Below the pieces are notes generated by a model, which made no database searches, was not told the DNA's origin, and worked only from the letters and a program-made list of their open reading frames with translations. Source: Eledone cirrhosa (Eukaryota). From it: a stretch of 64,000 nt of DNA. The stretch covers positions 69,812,001 to 69,876,000 of the forward strand of contig OZ024742.1 in NCBI GenBank assembly GCA_964016885.1, read 5' to 3'. This document shows positions 40,121 through 55,021 of the stretch, piece by piece (within the stretch, counting starts at the first letter, position 1; every line of letters begins with the position of its first letter). The position numbers and the translations under genes were made by a program.

Positions 40121-41027
40121 TATGTATGTATGTTTGTGTGTATGTATGTATCGATGTATGTTTATATGCATGCATATCTGTATGTATGCATGTATGTATG
40201 CAGGGGCCTCGTTTACCTTAAAAATGCGACGGGGACAAACCAACATTTGTTGATTCTTAAAGGAGCATAAATTGCTTATGGTGCCTTTTCCGGATCCTAC
40301 CACATAAGTAAAATTTTACGCTAATTAAATTTTATATATTCAAATGTTCGGATACAAAAAAATAAGCTTAAAAAGAATTTATTATATCAAATAAACAAAA
40401 AATAAAACATAGACGTTTGAAAAAGCGTGTGGGTGGGGTGGGGGGGCTTGTCCCCCCTGGTACCCCCCCTGAAACAAGGCCCTTGTATGTATGCATGTAT
40501 ATACACATCTATGTGTGCATGTATGTATGCATGTATGTGTGTGAATGTTTGTGTATGCATATCGGTTTCTGTGTGTGTGCATTTTTGTGCTTGCGTGTGT
40601 GTGAAGTGTGGGTGTGGGGTGTGGAGGGGTGTTATAAAGCTGCATATAATACGAAATGATATATAATGCTTAAGTGATAGAGATATGATTTAACAGTTAA
40701 TACAGAAAATATTTACACGCTGGGGATCTAATGTCATTTCCTTATGCTTTTATAGTTATCAACCCTCGTACACTCACCCACATTTGCTTACATTCACCTC
40801 AACTATGTAGATATAACAAACATACTTGGAAGAAGGTGACTATCTCAGTTTCATTGATGATGAATTTAGTACTATCTAACGACGTGTATAAACTGCTACG
40901 ATATCCAACAGACAACTGACGATGGGAAGTTCATGTTTATCTTATCTGCCTTTCCATTTAGCTGACTTTAATTATGAATGTCCGTTTATAGGTATTAACC
41001 TTTTATCTGAGGTGTGTTCCCTTAGAG

Positions 41028-41336
41028 CAGTGGTTCGCAACCTTTTGTACCACATGCCCTCACCTCAACATCTCAAATATTTGTATGCCCCACTTTGATT
41101 TAAAAACAGCGATGATCAACTACAAAGTGGAAACAAATTGGCGTATGAGTTATGCCAGTTGTACAATAACATGTGTGGAGGAGGTGAGACAGGAGTTTCC
41201 GATCATAATTTGTTCCAAATTTGCCTTGGTGTAACAGTAATAGGGTAAAATCTGAAGTTTGCTCTCATTAACATCATTTTCAAATTGCATCACCATCACC
41301 CCTCGTGGGGCTTGCGCCCCACGTTTGGAATCACTG
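41028..41336. mobile_element. hAT-type MITE
   Basis: Imperfect TIRs CAGTGGTTCGCAA / TTGGAATCACTG; 8-bp TSD CCTTAGAG / CCTTAGAT. Confidence 0.75.
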
Positions 41337-42350
41337 CCTTAGATATATTTAAAATATTGGCTTTTATATGCATACAGAGCTTAATTATTACACCTATGTA
41401 TGAAGATAATTCCTTTTTATTGAGTTACGTCATTCTACAAATGTTTCAGTACTTCATTCAATTCCTTATTCAAACTTATGTAATATAGCTGATTTTTATG
41501 ACCTCCAATTATATAACTTTCGGTGACTAAAATGTTTGCTCAAGCACGTCTTCAGGAATTTATAACTGCAAAAAGTAATGGTACATCGATTCAACAACTG
41601 CTATATATCTCAATGCAAGGATCAGTAAAGAAACACAAAAATTTCGGAATAAAAATATAAAATAAGTAACCTTTCATACAAAATATCGAAGCGCTGGGTA
41701 ACTTGAAATTCTTTAGAAAATGTAATAATACCAAACGCAGAAAATAACTGTAACACCAGCCGCTGCTGGCCAGGTTTTTCCATCTATAGGGATAGTTTAC
41801 CCGATTTTCTAAGCTATTATTTATAACAATCGAATGTTGTTACAGTTATTTTTCATGTGTTTCGGATTCTTCCAACATTATATAGAGAATTGTAGAATCA
41901 ATAAAGATGAAAATAAGAAATAAAAAATGAAATAAACATAATACGCAGTTAAAAATAAAAACAGAAAAATCAATAAAACTAAAAAACAATATAATTTCGA
42001 TAGGAAAAGTGAGAAATAGAGAGAGAGAGGAAAAGAAAGGAATTGTACCACCCACCCACCCGCCACCAAAAAGTAATCAGAAGGATAGGGCGTAAAGAGA
42101 GGAAGATAGGTATAAAGTGTTTTGGTTGGTTGCTTCACACGCCCCGCCCATTCGGAGGCATGGTCGACAATTCACTTGGCGTTTAATAGTTATGTACTCA
42201 TTATAGGTATCATTAAACTCGGTTTTGTATATAAGATTAATGACCGTTCATGTAATTCCCTGTATTCATTTCCCCTTTGTTCTTTATCAGAGTTTCTATG
42301 TTTATAAGCGATAAATTTAAGAATCCTATTATAAGATATATTTAGTTTTC

Positions 42351-42460
42351 TGTGTGGCTGATTGGTTAGGGAACTGGATTCGCAATCGTGAGATCGTCAG
42401 TTCGATTCCTGGACCGATCAAAGGCTTTTTATTTCACGTTGTTCCTTCTACTTGGAGTTG
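42351..42460 (+). mobile_element. tRNA-derived SINE head (second family)
   Basis: A-box TGGCTGATTGG and B-box GTTCGATTCC without a complete cloverleaf. Confidence 0.55.
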
Positions 42461-42764
42461 CGACCGATAGATAGTATTAGCAATTGGAAAGACCAACAGA
42501 AACATTGTTTCCGCGATCCGATTTGACGAAAGTCATTCGACAAATTTAGTTTAATATTGTCCAACACATCGTTTTTTCTTAAGTGCTGAAAGAAATTTGT
42601 TTCTTCTATCTTGTATTCTCAAGTCAGTATATTTAGTAACTTAATTATTTTTCAACTTAGTGTACTGACAATAATAAACAAATAAATACATGAAAGATAA
42701 AACAAAAAATAAATAGATCAATTATTTTATATGATACTTAAGTAATGTTTCTTATTATTTAACC

Positions 42765-43079
42765 CAGGGGCGTGCAACAGACGGCCCGCGGGCCACAATC
42801 CGGCCCACCAGACCAGTCAGAGTGGCTCGCGATGACCGTTTTTAATTTTTACCTTGTAGTCTTGTTTAGAATTTTTTTCGTAACCGTAATATAATTTTCT
42901 GTTAGTTGACCTATACTAAGGGCTTCACTGATAGGGTTATGTGTGTTATAATTTCCCAGTTCCATGTTTTGGAAAGAAGTGGCGAATCTTTGGAATAGGG
43001 GTTAATAAATATTAATGGCCCTAATAGTTGTTCCAGTGTTCAAAAGTGGCCCGCCAATAGAATATGTTGCACACCACTG
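42765..43079. mobile_element. hAT-type MITE (Charlie/SPIN-like termini)
   Basis: TIRs CAGGGGCGTGCAAC / GTTGCACACCACTG, subterminal GGCCCGCGGGCC, 8-bp TSD ATTTAACC / GTTTAACC. Confidence 0.8.
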
Positions 43080-43440
43080 GTTTAACCCTTTAACATTTAC
43101 ATTACTCTATCTATACATACTATTATATTTTCACAGTAAAGGCTTTACCTCAAATAATTATAATATTATCTAGTCTATGAGATTTTGATATTATTTATTT
43201 GAGAACAATACCTTAACATCAGTATGAGTAGCCGGTTACAGCCAGCTTGAACAGAAAGAGGTGGGAGGATTCTAGCCGGATACAACCGGTTTAAATACTA
43301 AAAGATTAATGAAAATACCTAAAATAAATTCAAATAAGATTAAATGAAATGGGTGGAATAGATTCAAATACCCCAAATAAAAATCAGTTCAATTATACGT
43401 AAATTTAGTTATTTCATTAGACCAGCAATAATCATTTACG

Positions 43441-43658
43441 TGAGCTGCTATCGAGTATCGGTAGAGCGTCGGACACCATGCTTTGCAGCATAGAGTTACG
43501 TCTCTTTACGTTCTGTGTTCAAATCCCGACGAGGTTAGCTTTGCCTTTCATCCTTACGTGGTCGATAAACAAAAGTACCAGTCACACACTATGGTCAATT
43601 GAATCGACTTCCTCTCCCCGAAAATTGCTGGCCTTGTGACTAAATCAGAAACCATTAT
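43441..43658 (+). mobile_element. MetaSINE copy (longer 3' variant)
   Basis: Same structure as the 36325 copy. Confidence 0.82.
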
Positions 43659-45240
43659 TTTGTGATAATTAGATACTTCAGTAAAGTAAACTAGTAAAAT
43701 AATAATGCATATCAAGAGGTTTTGTTATAATATAGAGCACTCAGTCGATGTTTATCTCTCCTTCCCTATGGTATATTAATTTAAATAATACCAGCTATAT
43801 AACAGTATTATTATTCAATTACGAACATTAAGATTTCAATATTTTACAGCTAGCCTCACGTACAAAATATTTGAAGTGTAAACGCAGGAATTTTAGTTAC
43901 TCAAAATTACGATGGTTTGATTACACTATTAACGCGGTTAGCTTGGCGTAGGAAGTATTAACGAGTGAAAATTATTTTGTTAGTCCATCCAAGGCCCTTT
44001 CTGATATCAAAATGTAATACTACTTATAATTAGTTAGGTGAATAATTGAAATAACCAAGTAAGTAACGCTTAGTATATAGAACATTCATATGATATTCAA
44101 TTTGAGTATTTAATTAAATAATCAATTTGAATAGTGGAAAAATCAAAGTAGAAAAGCATATATTAAATATAGTCCAATTATTGCACAATTTATATTTTAC
44201 GAAGTCTTAAATCATATTATATTATATGATGTAAGAGGAAACATTAAATCATATTAGACTGTTAGATACATGAGAGAAATACATAATATAATCTTAGATA
44301 TACGAGAAAATAAGAGCCTTAATGATAATATTATTATAAATATGACATACAGTGACCCACTGCTTAAAAGTACACAGTATAAAAATAACACAAAATATAC
44401 TACAAGTTACGTGTTTAAGTCCTATGCTTGTTGACTTCACTTGGTAAGTTTGGAAACAATTTTCTAAGAACGTACCAGTTTTGTGTTATGCATGGTGCTA
44501 GAGTTTAAAGAAATCCTATTTTGAATATAACTTCCTATGGTATCTCAATCTTAGCAGGTTCTTTCACCATAGATTTGTGTTATGTTATTTATCCTTAATA
44601 TCTGGTATATGCTCTAGAATTACGTCAATCGCTTCTAATAAGATCTCTAATGCCTCCTGACCAAACATAACATTCAAGGGTGCTAAGATTAGTAGTAATG
44701 GAACTTGAGGTTGTAATCGACGTTTTTGGTTTCTAGCTTAGTTAAGTTTTTTTTTGTTTTTTTTAAAAGAGTGCTTCTGTACCTAAAATATTATGTGCTA
44801 CCTCCAAGGAGACGACTCTAATGTTGTATATTATGTTTCCTTAAGCAGTCATCCTCATCGGGCAGTTCTGCAGTTTTCTACAGTTTTAGTGGAATGAACT
44901 TGTTTCGCTAATTGTGATCTGTTGATTGTAATCTTGCTCAGAGTTTCCGCCAGTAGATGTATTACTAACTATTTCCTCCGGTGCATGAGTATCGGTTGAT
45001 TGTGTAGGTTGTCTGATTGTTATTATTTGAGTTGCAACTTGTTCGGTAACATTTAACTCATTTAACTTAATATTATCTTCTTCAAAGTTAATATAATCTA
45101 CATGGCTCGTTTGTCTATAATTCATATGACTAAGTTTCAATTTTGTTGGCTCACTAAGACTTAGTTTCAATTTTGTTGGCCATAAAATTTACGTAGTCGA
45201 CAAGGTTGGGAGTAGTAAATTAGGATAGTTTTAATGGTGT

Positions 45241-45625
45241 TGTAGTGACCTACATTCCGCGGGCTCACATACATTCTCTGTGCGTGATTTGGCTCAGTTC
45301 AGCCAATCAGCGCCAGTAGAAGAGGATGTATCCCTACGCGCCCCGAGGAAGAAATTCCCCGCGAAGATTTGAAGAATCTCTCTCTTGTACCAGAAACTTC
45401 GAGCCAGCAACACGCATAATGTAGCAGGGAGATATTGCACCCCTAGCCTCGCCGGCTTAACGGCGCAATGGCACATTCCCTTTTGTAACCTCTTTTTATC
45501 TGTAACTTCAACCATATAAATAAACAAACATTGCATCTCTAATTACTGCGGTTGAAGTCGTTATTATGTTACTCGTGTCTCAATGACATCTTTAATCCAT
45601 GCTGCTGGAATTGGCGACCTGACGA
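45241..45625 (+). mobile_element. Possible Gypsy-type LTR followed by a primer-binding-site relic
   Basis: Begins TGTAGTG; GC-richer body with CCAAT; AATAAA at ~45519; TGGCGACC at ~45612. No clean terminal CA and no TSD found. Confidence 0.4.
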
Positions 45626-46332
45626 AAGGAATATTGTAAATAGATGGTAAATAGATCGAGGGACCTTCCCTCACGTCTATGTCAACAAGATAATCCAACG
45701 AGGATACTATCACTTACCACACTGGCAACTAACGACCACTGATTCTACCACCCTGCTAAAGTGGCGATAACATCTATAACTAATACTGCTAAAGTGTGTT
45801 TATTAAAATGTTTAACATATTTGTAAATTGGTGGAAAATTCTGATTTAAGATGTTGGAAAATAACTTCGGTATTTTTTACTTGTGCTTCATATGAAAGGC
45901 TGAACCAAGTGATATTCTTTTTTTTTTCCCCTACTAGATGATCTATTTAAACTACTTTCATTTATTTCTCTATGGTTATGTAAATAATTAATGATGGAAT
46001 TAAACAATACCCATGCCAAATTTAAAATTGCCGACTGTTCATTAACTATTCCACGTTCAAAGTAACTGACAAAGTAATTCGCAGAGGATAAATTTTTTTT
46101 TTTTTCATTTAAAAGCAGGGATAAAGGGAGATAATGTTTTACTGATTAGCCTACAGGAGCATGTTCGACAAATCATTTTGTTATGGCATCTGATATATTC
46201 TGGGTCATAACAACTTGTCGGATAAAATAGTTAAAACTAAATAGATTAACTTGAGTTTAATTCATTTAGGAATAGCTTAAATTATTAAGGTAAGAAATGA
46301 ATACTGCTATGCCCAACTGACATTATATATTA

Positions 46333-46438
46333 TCCCGCCGAGGTTAACTTTGCCTTTCATCCTTACGGGGTCGATAAAATAAAGTACCAGTAATACACTG
46401 GATATTTGCTGGCCTTGTGCCTAACGTAGAAACAATTA
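46333..46438 (+). mobile_element. 5'-truncated MetaSINE with TSD ATTATATATTAT
   Basis: Core and tail only. Confidence 0.82.
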
Positions 46439-46672
46439 TATATTATGCTTTATTGAATAAATGAATTTATAGGTAGAACACCTAGAATGGTAATGAAGAT
46501 GTTTAGATTTAAGGCAGAAACAGCCGAGCAGAACAGTGTACATTCCGTTTCAACGTTTTTAGTTTGTTCAGAGAGTTTTCTGAATTGGGAATAGTATCAG
46601 CAAATTGAATATTGTTTCAAAATTAGTAAATGCTTAACCCATTTATATCATACGTTTTATCTGGGCCACCCT

Positions 46673-46740
<68 letters not shown>

Positions 46741-46771
46741 ATATATATATATGTATGTATATATATATATG

Positions 46772-46850
<79 letters not shown>

Positions 46851-47808
46851 TAGTTTGTTTGTGTGTGTGTGCGTGTGTGTAAATGAAGTATTTCCGTCGG
46901 AAAAGTACAGGAAAAAAGAGTGCTCTATGTAGGCTTTGAAAACAAAATTGGATTTGAAAACAAAATTTAGGAAATATGAAAGTGAGGTTGAAAAAAACGG
47001 GCAAAAAGGAAATAGGAGAAACAATTATAAAAAATATATATAAAAAAATGAATATCCAGAACATAAACATACACACTCAACTACGCGCATATACGTAATA
47101 GTACGTAGACGTATACTTTCTCACATAAGCGTATTTGCGTCTACATAGAAATACGAACAGGAACATACATATACACAGATATATATGCACTCAAATATGT
47201 ACACACAAATACACACGCACACATATAAACATACATACATACAAACACAAAAACATACGCGCACGTGTATATACACATACACATACACACACACATATAT
47301 ATATATACACACACACACATACACGTACACATACATACCCATACACACATATATACAAGCATACACACACGCATACACATATACATATATATATATACAC
47401 ATACATACACACACACATATATATATAAATATATATATATTTATATATATATATATACATACATATACATACATACATATACATACATATATACACATAC
47501 ACAAGCACGTATCAATATGTACGAGTCATTGGGAAGTAGTTTAGAAACAGAAATAACTAAATAAATAAATAAGAACAACAAATTCAATTCAATATATATA
47601 TATATATATATATTGGTAAACGGAATAGAAAATGCTGACAAATTGTTCACAGTTGAAAAATGGTTTAATTAGGAATAAAAGAGTATTAGTGATTGTATGG
47701 GTTAGTATTCAGTTGTGGTTTTAAGTTTTTAAGTTTTTACCGGTTGCGCATTTCTAAATGCTTTTCAAAAATAATTTTGAGATAGAGTGTCCGTGCTGTT
47801 TGCTCTGA

Positions 47809-47863
<55 letters not shown>

Positions 47864-48111
47864 CCAGCACAGTACCTCTGAAATATATATAATGAAATAT
47901 ATTTGATTACATGAATGTCTATATTTATTAATATTTTAAATTAATATATATATATATTTATTTATTTAAGTATAGCACGGAGAATATGTGCATAAACACA
48001 CATGCACCGTGTTGTATTATGACAGTATTGTATTAGCTCAATGTACAAGAACAGAGCCGTTATATGTAAAAGAAACCAAAGAACGCTTACATACTCAAAC
48101 AGTTTTTATTT

Positions 48112-48157
48112 GCTTACAATGTTTCATCCATACCGTTTGGTAGGTATCCTCAGAGCT
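48112..48157 (-). ncRNA. Minimal hammerhead ribozyme (left arm)
   Basis: Exact reverse complement of 49378-49423. Confidence 0.7.
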
Positions 48158-49377
48158 TAATAAACACAGTGTTGAGTATAAGCTCCACCAAGCTTAGTCA
48201 CACGAACAATCGGAATACAATAGAGGGAAAAGATAGGGAGATAGGAGATGGCGAACAAGGAAAGCGTACATGTTGGGGTTGTTAAGCACCACAGCTAAAT
48301 GCCAGGGCACAAGCAGATTTTACAAGATGCAGATACAATTGATGGCACACAAAAGCAAAAAATGCAAGCAATGGTTAAAACATAATAAAAAAATAATAAA
48401 ATAATAAAAAATAAAAGGAAGATAATATAAAGAGATAAAAAGTAAATAGGTAAAACATTTTTATTTTAATTTTTAAAAGGAAAGAAATTAAAACAGAAAG
48501 AAGAAAAATGTTTTAAGCACATAAAAAAAACAGAGGAATTTAAGCGCTGGTCCCTAGTAAAACGAGTGAATAGGATCTCCGTAACTTATAGTTATATAAG
48601 CACTAAGGGTTCTTAAGGTACATCCAGAAAGAGCACAGTAATCAAAATCCCCGCCATGGTATACATCCCCGCCACTGGTAGGTACCTGAATTACGTAGCC
48701 CATGGGTGCTCCACAAGCATATTGACAGGTGTCACATAAATGCAAGCCATACGCAAGCAAATTAGGGTTATTACAGGATAGAGCTGAGTATAACAAGTAT
48801 ATAGACAGGCAACACATATAAAGCAAGCTATACACAAGCAAAGCGGGGTTATTGTAAGATAGAGCTGAAGCAAAAGCCCCACAATCCTATTTTAGCTACT
48901 GTAAAACCATGGCGGGGATGTATAACCCTTAGTGCTTATATAACTATAAGTTACGGAGATCCTATTCACTCGTTTTACTAGGGACCAGCGCTTAAATTCC
49001 TCTGTTTTTTTTATGTGCTTAAAACATTTTTCTTCTTTCTGTTTTAATTTCTTTCCTTTTAAAAATTAAAATAAAAATGTTTTACCTATTTACTTTTTAT
49101 CTCTTTATATTATCTTCCTTTTATTTTTTATTATTTTATTATTTTTTTATTATGTTTTAACCATTGCTTGCATTTTTTGCTTTTGTGTGCCATCAATTGT
49201 ATCTGCATCTTGTAAAATCTGCTTGTGCCCTGGCATTTAGCTGTGGTGCTTAACAACCCCAACATGTACGCTTTCCTTGTTCGCCATCTCCTATCTCCCT
49301 ATCTTTTCCCTCTATTGTATTCCGATTGTTCGTGTGACTAAGCTTGGTGGAGCTTATACTCAACACTGTGTTTATTA

Positions 49378-49423
49378 AGCTCTGAGGATACCTACCAAAC
49401 GGTATGGATGAAACATTGTAAGC
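49378..49423 (+). ncRNA. Minimal hammerhead ribozyme (right arm)
   Basis: GCU-CUGAGGA-uaccUACC aaac GGUAuggau-GAAA-C AUU G-UA^-AGC. Confidence 0.7.
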
Positions 49424-49469
49424 AAATAAAAACTGTTTGAGTATGTAAGCGTTCTTTGGTTTCTTTTAC

Positions 49470-49578
<109 letters not shown>

Positions 49579-49589
49579 TTTCATAATGA

Positions 49590-49970
49590 CCAAAAGAATA
49601 CGATCCTTCGAAGGGTCTTTGGAGTAACATTACTCGATAGAGTGCCTAGCTCGGAGATCAGAGAGTCACTCCAGGTAGAGCCGCTACTTCTCCGAATTGA
49701 GAGATCACAGCTCAGATACTACGGGCATGCGGTTAAAATGTCTCAGAAAAGAATCGTTGGACAGATTTTGCGGACAAAACCAGCCGGCAGGAAACCCAGG
49801 GGTAGAGCCCGAGCAAGATGGTTGGATAACATCCATGATCTTAGCTGGTCTCGCTTGGGGATCCAGCCGGATCAGTTAGAGATGATTGCTTCTGACAGAG
49901 TCCGCTGGAAGGAGTGTTTGAGGACTCTGCCCCCACGACCCTCTCAGGAATAAATGGGCGAAGAAGAAGA
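49590..49970 (+). mobile_element. RTE LINE 3' end
   Basis: 'IERSQLRYYGH...GRKPRGRARARWLD...DRVRW' followed by a (GAA)n tail. Confidence 0.8.
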
Positions 49971-50075
49971 GCCGTGGGAGTTATAGATAATATTGCACCT
50001 GTTGCCAATATATATATATATATATAAAATAAAGTTAAATAAAAGTCAAATGATTAAAATTTAGCTTCGTTTATT

Positions 50076-50130
50076 ACTGCTATATATATTTCAGTGACAG
50101 CCATCTTTGGCTGTGACCTCTTCAGGCAGT
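50076..50130 (-). ncRNA. Minimal type I hammerhead ribozyme (inverted arm of Naiad-like PLE)
   Basis: Exact reverse complement of 55022-55076. Confidence 0.82.
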
Positions 50131-52232
50131 TTGAATTAGTATGGTATAGACAAGTACATATGTTGTTTAGGTGTATGATATTGTGATATTGTCAATACTC
50201 TGATATGCCCAGTTCCTTGCTGGGTTGTTAATTCACTGGGGAACTGGAGTCATATGAATTCAAACAAACGAATTTTAGTGTCACAGGTCCCCTTCTCCTC
50301 TCATTGGTCAGTTATTAGTGTTGTCATTGTTGGAGTTAGCTTAAAAATTGATAAAATGGTAGAAGGGACAAGGTGTTGAAGGAACAAAATATCAAAAAAT
50401 GTATCAAACTTCCCATTGTTCAGTTCTGAGAGCATTCCTCAGTCAGAAGTCTATAGAATTCTTTCTGGGGTGAGGCTCCCTGTAGTGTTTATGCCTGCTA
50501 TTGTTCAGTACATTTGACCTCGACCATTATTTTGGTACTGTTGTTGTTGTAGTGGTCAGCTTATATCTTGCTGCTGCTAACAGTTTAGAAGTATTCAGTT
50601 TGTGTTTTCTCTTCATCCCACCCGCCACCATCGTAGTGGTGGTGGCGGGGGGGGGGGGGTTATTTCATGTATATGAAGAAATATAAGGCAATAAATGAAG
50701 AAAACAGAAGATAAATAAATAATATAATAAAATAAAATAATTAATATAATTTGTGTAATTTGAAAATAAATAAATAAATAGAGAATAAAGAATAAAGAGT
50801 AAATGAGAGATTGGTGAAAAAGTAATGATAATGTATATGGAGAAGTGAGAAATAATGTAGGATAAAGTGTGTGTGTGTGTGTGCTATAACCAATCTTAAG
50901 GTCAGAATATGTTGGATAGATTGGTATGATACAAGATGTTAAGATGAGATATTCAATGTGTTTGTGTTATAATCTATCTCAACTTAAAATAAATATAAAT
51001 ATAAGGTTATACAGTGAAGAGGGCAGAAAACAAATAACAAATTAATATAGAGAAATCAAGATTTAAGATTGGAACTTTAAAGTCAGAAATCTGGTAAATT
51101 AAAAGTGTTTGTGTTATAGATGTTGGCCAGATTATTATGGCTGTGTCCGATTCTGTCTCTAGGCTATCATGGTGTCTGCTCCGCCTGGGTTGTTCCCTAT
51201 GGCTTGAGGGGAGTTCACAACCTAGGGTGTTGTAATTGTCCATATAGCTTAAGGGAGGTCTGGCCGAGAGGTGTTTTCATGTTCTGTAGAAGTCCCTATA
51301 GCTTGAGGGGAGTTCACATCTTCTTGTGTTGCTACTGTCCATATATTTTGAGAAAGGTCCCGGCTCTAAGGTGTCTGCATGTCCCGAAGAAGTCGATTCT
51401 GAGGTTTATCAGGCCGCTTCCACCTCTTAGTATCTCGAGGGTCTCGTTCAGGCATAGTTTGCATATGCAAGATCCCCCTTTATCGGGTGGTACTTTCCTG
51501 ATTATGTACCAGGCCAGAGAGTATGGGGTCCTGTCCAGCTTAAGCTTCCAGATCAGGTCGGAGAGAGCTGTGCTTTTCCTTTTGGCCTCCTTCTTGAATG
51601 AATGGCGATGGTTGTACCAGCGGTCCTTAAAGCTCGTTGATGTGGCTCCTATGTAGAGGTGTTCGGAGTTGGGGGTTTTAACCCTACAACCGTACACTAT
51701 GTTCTTCTTGAGACATTCATTACCAAGGGGGCATGATTCGGGGTTTCTACAGTTGCAGAGGGTGGGCGGCCTCTGCGTGCTTAGATTAGGGTTCTCATTA
51801 TGTGTTACGGAAAAAAACCAAATTACAGCAATGGTCATGCACGAGAGAAGTAATAGAATGATTCAAAATACTGCAGGAGAAAAGTAGGACCAGCTTTATA
51901 CAACTGGACATCGCAAGCTACTACTCCTCAATCTCACCCATAGTACTTAATAAGGCCCTATTTTTAGCGATGTCCAATACGGACCTAACCCGAGAGGAGG
52001 TGAGCATCATCCACGCCGCAAGAAAGACCTTAATCCGCTTCGATGGAGACCTGTGGACCAGGAGTGATTGGCCAAATAACTTTGACATCACGATGGGCTC
52101 CAGCGACTCAGCCAGGTAACGGACCTGGTTGGGCTCTACCTGCTGAAGCAGATAAAAGATGAAATCCCCTGCCTGGGCGGCGGATTATATCGTGACGATG
52201 CTCTATTCACAGTACATGACCACAGCACCAAT

Positions 52233-53817
52233 ATGTTGGAGGGTATGAGGAGGCGTATTCGCCATTTCTTTAAGAACCAGGGGCTCAGCATAGAAATAGA
52301 CCCAAATAGGAAGGTAGTTAACTTCCTAGACACCACCCTAAACCTGAACACCGAGCAATACTACCCCTACCACAAGCCCAACGAGAAACTAGTATATGTT
52401 AACGCCAAATCAAACCACCCTAGATCCATAACCAAGGCAGTGGTGAAGAGTGTCTCGGACAGGATCTCCAGCCTGTCCGCAAGTAAGGAAATATTCAACA
52501 ACCACGCGGAATATTACAACGCAGCTCTAAAGAAGGCGGCACATGGACAAAATATAACATATAGTCCGAAAAGCCGGGAGGTGGATAGCCCAACAGACAC
52601 CCACAACCGCGTTACCAGAGGGGGGAGGGCGAACCCTAACAATACAGGCAGAGCAAAATCAAATAAGCACCATGTACCAGACACCACCACACGGGCGGCG
52701 GGGACTAGTGCGCTTGACCACAAGATGGAGCACAATATGAGTAGCAGTCTCAGGCGTGATGCTAACTACCCCAGGACGGACAACCCCAACCGCAGGACAC
52801 GTGGGGGGGGGAGGAAACGGGCGACCACCCCACGATGGATCTCCCGGGGCAGACAACAACCACCCCACAAATCCGGACCGTGAAGATAACAGAAAGTATA
52901 GAGCCCAAAAGGGAAGCAACAGTGCGGAAACCACCAGCAAACCAACAAATCTCCAACAAATCACGAAGCCCCCAACCCACACATATAGGAGGAGACACCG
53001 ACAAATCACGTGGTACAACCCACCCTACTCAGCGGTCCTAAAGAAAAGCTTGGCCCGATTGTTCTTTGGAGCACTTGACAAATGCTTCCCGAGGGACCAC
53101 GGATACCACAGGATCTTCAACAGACACACTGTGAAGCTCTCGTATTCCACCACGAGAAATTTGGCCCAACACATAGCTAGCATCAACAGAAGTAGGCTTA
53201 AAAACCACACACAACCAGAAGATGGCAATACAAACACTCAGCAGAACCATGTGAAAGGTGGAAAGGGGGGACCCAGAGCCCACCCAAGAAACACAAACAG
53301 ACCCAAGGACCCCCCACCGAGCATGGGGGAAGACCAACATGTAACACATAATGAGAACCCTAATCTAAGCACGCAGAGGCCGCCCACCCTCTGCAACTGT
53401 AGAAACCCCGAATCATGCCCCCTTGGTAATGAATGTCTCAAGAAGAACATAGTGTACGGTTGTAGGGTTAAAACCCCCAACTCCGAACACCTCTACATAG
53501 GAGCCACATCAACGAGCTTTAAGGACCGCTGGTACAACCATCGCCATTCATTCAAGAAGGAGGCCAAAAGGAAAAGCACAGCTCTCTCCGACCTGATCTG
53601 GAAGCTTAAGCTGGACAGGACCCCATACTCTCTGGCCTGGTACATAATCAGGAAAGTACCACCCGATAAAGGGGGATCTTGCATATGCAAACTATGCCTG
53701 AACGAGACCCTCGAGATACTAAGAGGTGGAAGCGGCCTGATAAACCTCAGAATCGACTTCTTCGGGACATGCAGACACCTTAGAGCCGGGACCTTTCTCA
53801 AAATATATGGACAGTAG
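52233..53817 (+). pseudogene. Frameshifted RT-thumb/linker/GIY-YIG coding region of the Naiad-like PLE
   Basis: ORFs 52233..52883 and 52756..53817 overlap across a poly-G run; a further frameshift near 52112 and a TGA at 51859 lie upstream. Confidence 0.8.
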
Positions 53818-55021
53818 CAACACAAGAAGATGTGAACTCCCCTCAAGCTATAGGGACTTCTACAGAACATGAAAACACCTCTCGGCCAGACCTCCCTTAA
53901 GCTATATGGACAATTACAACACCCTAGGTTGTGAACTCCCCTCAAGCCATAGGGAACAACCCAGGCGGAGCAGACACCATGATAGCCTAGAGACAGAATC
54001 GGACACAGCCATAATAATCTGGCCAACATCTATAACACAAACACTTTTAATTTACCAGATTTCTGACTTTAAAGTTCCAATCTTAAATCTTGATTTCTCT
54101 ATATTAATTTGTTATTTGTTTTCTGCCCTCTTCACTGTATAACCTTATATTTATATTTATTTTAAGTTGAGATAGATTATAACACAAACACATTGAATAT
54201 CTCATCTTAACATCTTGTATCATACCAATCTATCCAACATATTCTGACCTTAAGATTGGTTATAGCACACACACACACACACTTTATCCTACATTATTTC
54301 TCACTTCTCCATATACATTATCATTACTTTTTCACCAATCTCTCATTTACTCTTTATTCTTTATTCTCTATTTATTTATTTATTTTCAAATTACACAAAT
54401 TATATTAATTATTTTATTTTATTATATTATTTATTTATCTTCTGTTTTCTTCATTTATTGCCTTATATTTCTTCATATACATGAAATAACCCCCCCCCCC
54501 CCCCCGCCACCACCACTACGATGGTGGCGGGTGGGATGAAGAGAAAACACAAACTGAATACTTCTAAACTGTTAGCAGCAGCAAGATATAAGCTGACCAC
54601 TACAACAACAACAGTACCAAAATAATGGTCGAGGTCAAATGTACTGAACAATAGCAGGCATAAACACTACAGGGAGCCTCACCCCAGAAAGAATTCTATA
54701 GACTTCTGACTGAGGAATGCTCTCAGAACTGAACAATGGGAAGTTTGACACATTTTTTGATATTTTGTTCCTTCAACACCTTGTCCCTTCTACCATTTTA
54801 TCAATTTTTAAGCTAACTCCAACAATGACAACACTAATAACTGACCAATGAGAGGAGAAGGGGACCTGTGACACTAAAATTCGTTTGTTTGAATTCATAT
54901 GACTCCAGTTCCCCAGTGAATTAACAACCCAACAAGGAACTGGGCATATCAGAGTATTGACAATATCACAATATCATACACCTAAACAACATATGTACTT
55001 GTCTATACCATACTAATTCAA

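Noticed and set aside
42351-42420. tRNA gene
   Set aside because: A and B boxes are present, but there is no acceptor stem and it continues into SINE-like body sequence.
51007-51656. ORFs of 178 aa and 78 aa duplicated at 53493-54142
   Set aside because: Antisense or UTR by-products of the PLE inverted repeat, with no protein-like features.
51859-51861. In-frame TGA in the Naiad-like RT as selenocysteine
   Set aside because: It falls at a position expected to be Trp (VIxWF), so TGG to TGA decay is simpler; the Cys motifs in this copy use normal Cys codons.
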